Source: Sphyrna mokarran (lineage: Eukaryota). Taken from it: DNA of 64,000 bases. Positions 61,901-64,000 of the stretch are shown piece after piece. The translations under genes were made by a program, and so were the position numbers. The notes under the pieces were generated by a model. That model did not search any database, was not told where the DNA came from, and worked only from the letters and a program-made list of their open reading frames with translations. Location of the stretch: positions 32,550,001 through 32,614,000 of the forward strand of contig JAGIQG010000004.1 of the NCBI GenBank assembly GCA_024679065.1, given 5' to 3'. Numbering within the stretch: the stretch's first letter is position 1; every line of letters begins with the position of its first letter.

Positions 61901-63940
61901 TTACTTAAGTTTCTGTGTGGCAATATTAGGAATATTTTATCGATTACTGTTCTTTTAGAAACATTCACAATTTGGCTAAAAATGCAAAGCAACAGAAATC
62001 TTCAAGACAATTAATGCTTCCACACATGGCAGCAAGAATTATTATGCCTTACTTCATACACCCTGTTTCCGAAAGTTACTTCACGCTATCCCAGAAAGTG
62101 TTAAAGAGTCCCTAATGGTGTGTTGTAACTAACGAAACAATTATCCAGTATGTTGCTTCTCATTAGCTGTCACGTAACTATTACAATCCAGCATAAGTCA
62201 TGTTAATTTAAATAGTGGGCTGAACAAGGATCATGACCCGCTCAGCAGTCTATCTTATCTCAACAATAGTTTAATATGCCGGGAGTGGATTGTCTGAACA
62301 TTGTACTGTATCACAGAAAGAACTATGAATTTCACAATCTCTCGATCACAGTCTTTGCCGCGAGCTTTTTCATATTTACTGCGGGAAGTATCTAATGAAA
62401 TCATTCTATAAAAACTAAAGAGCTGAAATTTTCTCTTAAACAAGAATAGAAGCGCCACTTTTCCTGATATGTCAAACACTTTGATTACTGTACTGTTGAA
62501 GGAGAAGGCCCATTAGACCATGTGCCTTAAAACAAACGATGCTCAGAGAGCAAAGACACTCAATTACAGTGGTTCGAAGCTTCTCCGTATATATTGCTGC
62601 TGCTGCTGATGCTGCTTGTAGCTACTCCTACCAGGAGATCAGCTGTCATGGTTTGTCATGCTCATCTGTCTTGCGTTATTCTTACACATTTACTGTGGCT
62701 CATCTGCAAACAATCTGTGACATCTATCATCCAAATAGACCTCAATTGACCCCTCTTCCTGCTGCCCTCCACTCTGCCCCCTGGAAGAGACCGCAGTAGT
62801 TTTTCAACTCTGATCAAATGGTTGAAATATTGACATTTCCAGAGTTTTGTTTGCTCTCACAGTTTCAAGAACTTCTTTATTTGTCTTATGGTTTGTATAT
62901 GGAATTTTTAGCTTTTACATTTCAAAGGCCTTATCCACTGATCTTACTGTCATGGTTTCTGAGGCACAAGGAAGCTGGATAGAGTGAAGCAGCTTCTGAA
63001 ATTTTTCCTTGTAACAAGCTTGGATTTTCATTTGGTTAACATAGCCTTCATCTTTACAAAATTCCTTCTGGCTATCCCTGTCATTCTTCTAATTTCAGCA
63101 TTGCATCTTCTGTTATCTTTTGTCCTAAATAAGCAAACTTATCTACTTGTTCCAGTGTGACACCATTCACGTCAATCTTCACTCTCACGTTTCTTATATT
63201 GCATTCCTTTATAAATATCATTATTTTTTGTTTTTCTGGCGTTCAGACTGAATTCATACTCTAATCTTCTGGATTTTACTAGATTTCTGATTTTTATGGG
63301 GCCTCTTCTGATCCTGAAGGTTGCGCTGTATTGTCAGTGTAAGTTTGAAAATAGAAATCAATACAATAATGAATAGTGTTAACATTTCAATCAATACATG
63401 GAGCACAACATCATTTTCAAATATGTCCAAAACTCTTTCCAATGGTCCTGAAATCAATGAGATGTAAATTGCAATTAGGTCATGCTCTGTAGATCAACCT
63501 ACCATCTTCCACCCTCTAGAAACTTGAACTCATCTAAAATTCTGCTATCTGTATCCTCACTCACACCATGTCTTGTTCATCCATCATTCATGTGTTCTGT
63601 GAGGGAATTATACTCGGTATTCAATTGTACTAATTGCGTTAACATTTAAAGGAATTACTTTCAATTATAGTCAGTGTTTAATGATGTTAACATTCCATTT
63701 TGTAACTACTGAGACCATCAAGGGACCTCAGGGTGATTAGTTTGATGCATTTTAAACAGTTTGTCTATTTAAAGAATTCAGGGACAAGCACTGATTTGGA
63801 CTAGAATCGCTACAGTTTGATTGGAAACCCCTTTTAACTCCTGATCTCAATCTCAATCAAGAAGCTACGTCGACTTTGCCAGAAATATAAACTTTGAATG
63901 CTTGGGACTGCTGACAAAGGATGCAAGCTTAATTTAATAT

Positions 63941-64000
63941 ATGATTTGATTTGATTTATTATTGTCACACATATTAGTATACAGTGAAAAGTATTGTTTC
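63941..64000 (-). mobile_element. Rex1/Babar-like LINE 3' terminus, runs off the window
   Basis: (ATTTG)n ATTTATTATTGTCACA...ATACAGTGAAAAGTATTGTTTC, matching 17325-17370. Confidence 0.75.

Noticed and set aside
1-64000. The many 60-170 aa ORFs in the ORF track
   Set aside because: They are chance ORFs or alternative frames of SINE, LINE and MITE sequence; none resembles a host protein I recognise
1-64000. CRISPR array, operon or other prokaryotic system
   Set aside because: No regular repeat-spacer array or gene-dense region; the sequence is vertebrate repeat-rich DNA

Overview
A non-coding, repeat-rich vertebrate window. The repeat complement (HE1-type V-SINEs, CR1/HER1-type LINEs with (TTCTATG)n tails, Penelope-like elements) points to a shark or other elasmobranch; this is inferred, not confirmed. 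I found no convincing host-gene coding exon, so it is probably a large intron or gene desert. All long ORFs are transposon-derived: a 5'-truncated Penelope RT + GIY-YIG ORF (14875-16020, minus), a frameshifted CR1 ORF2 (44203-46660), and two CR1 3' fragments. Also present are about 20 V-SINE copies with two distinct 3' tails, Rex1/Babar and L2 fragments, several decayed PIF/Harbinger elements (transposase and Myb/SANT remnants) with their MITEs, and a candidate solo LTR. The most interesting signals are: (1) two intact-looking minimal type-I hammerhead ribozymes with a covarying stem I in Penelope terminal repeats; (2) three tiny self-inverted Penelope-terminus inserts, two with clear 10-13 bp target-site duplications; (3) templated fold-back or iterative scars at the 5' junctions of young CR1 insertions; (4) a near-identical inverted CR1 pair; (5) a V-SINE variant that seems to carry a Rex1-like tail; and (6) local duplications and TE-free candidate conserved elements, one holding a possible 12-nt microexon. 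Coordinates were read by eye, and the ends of decayed elements are approximate.
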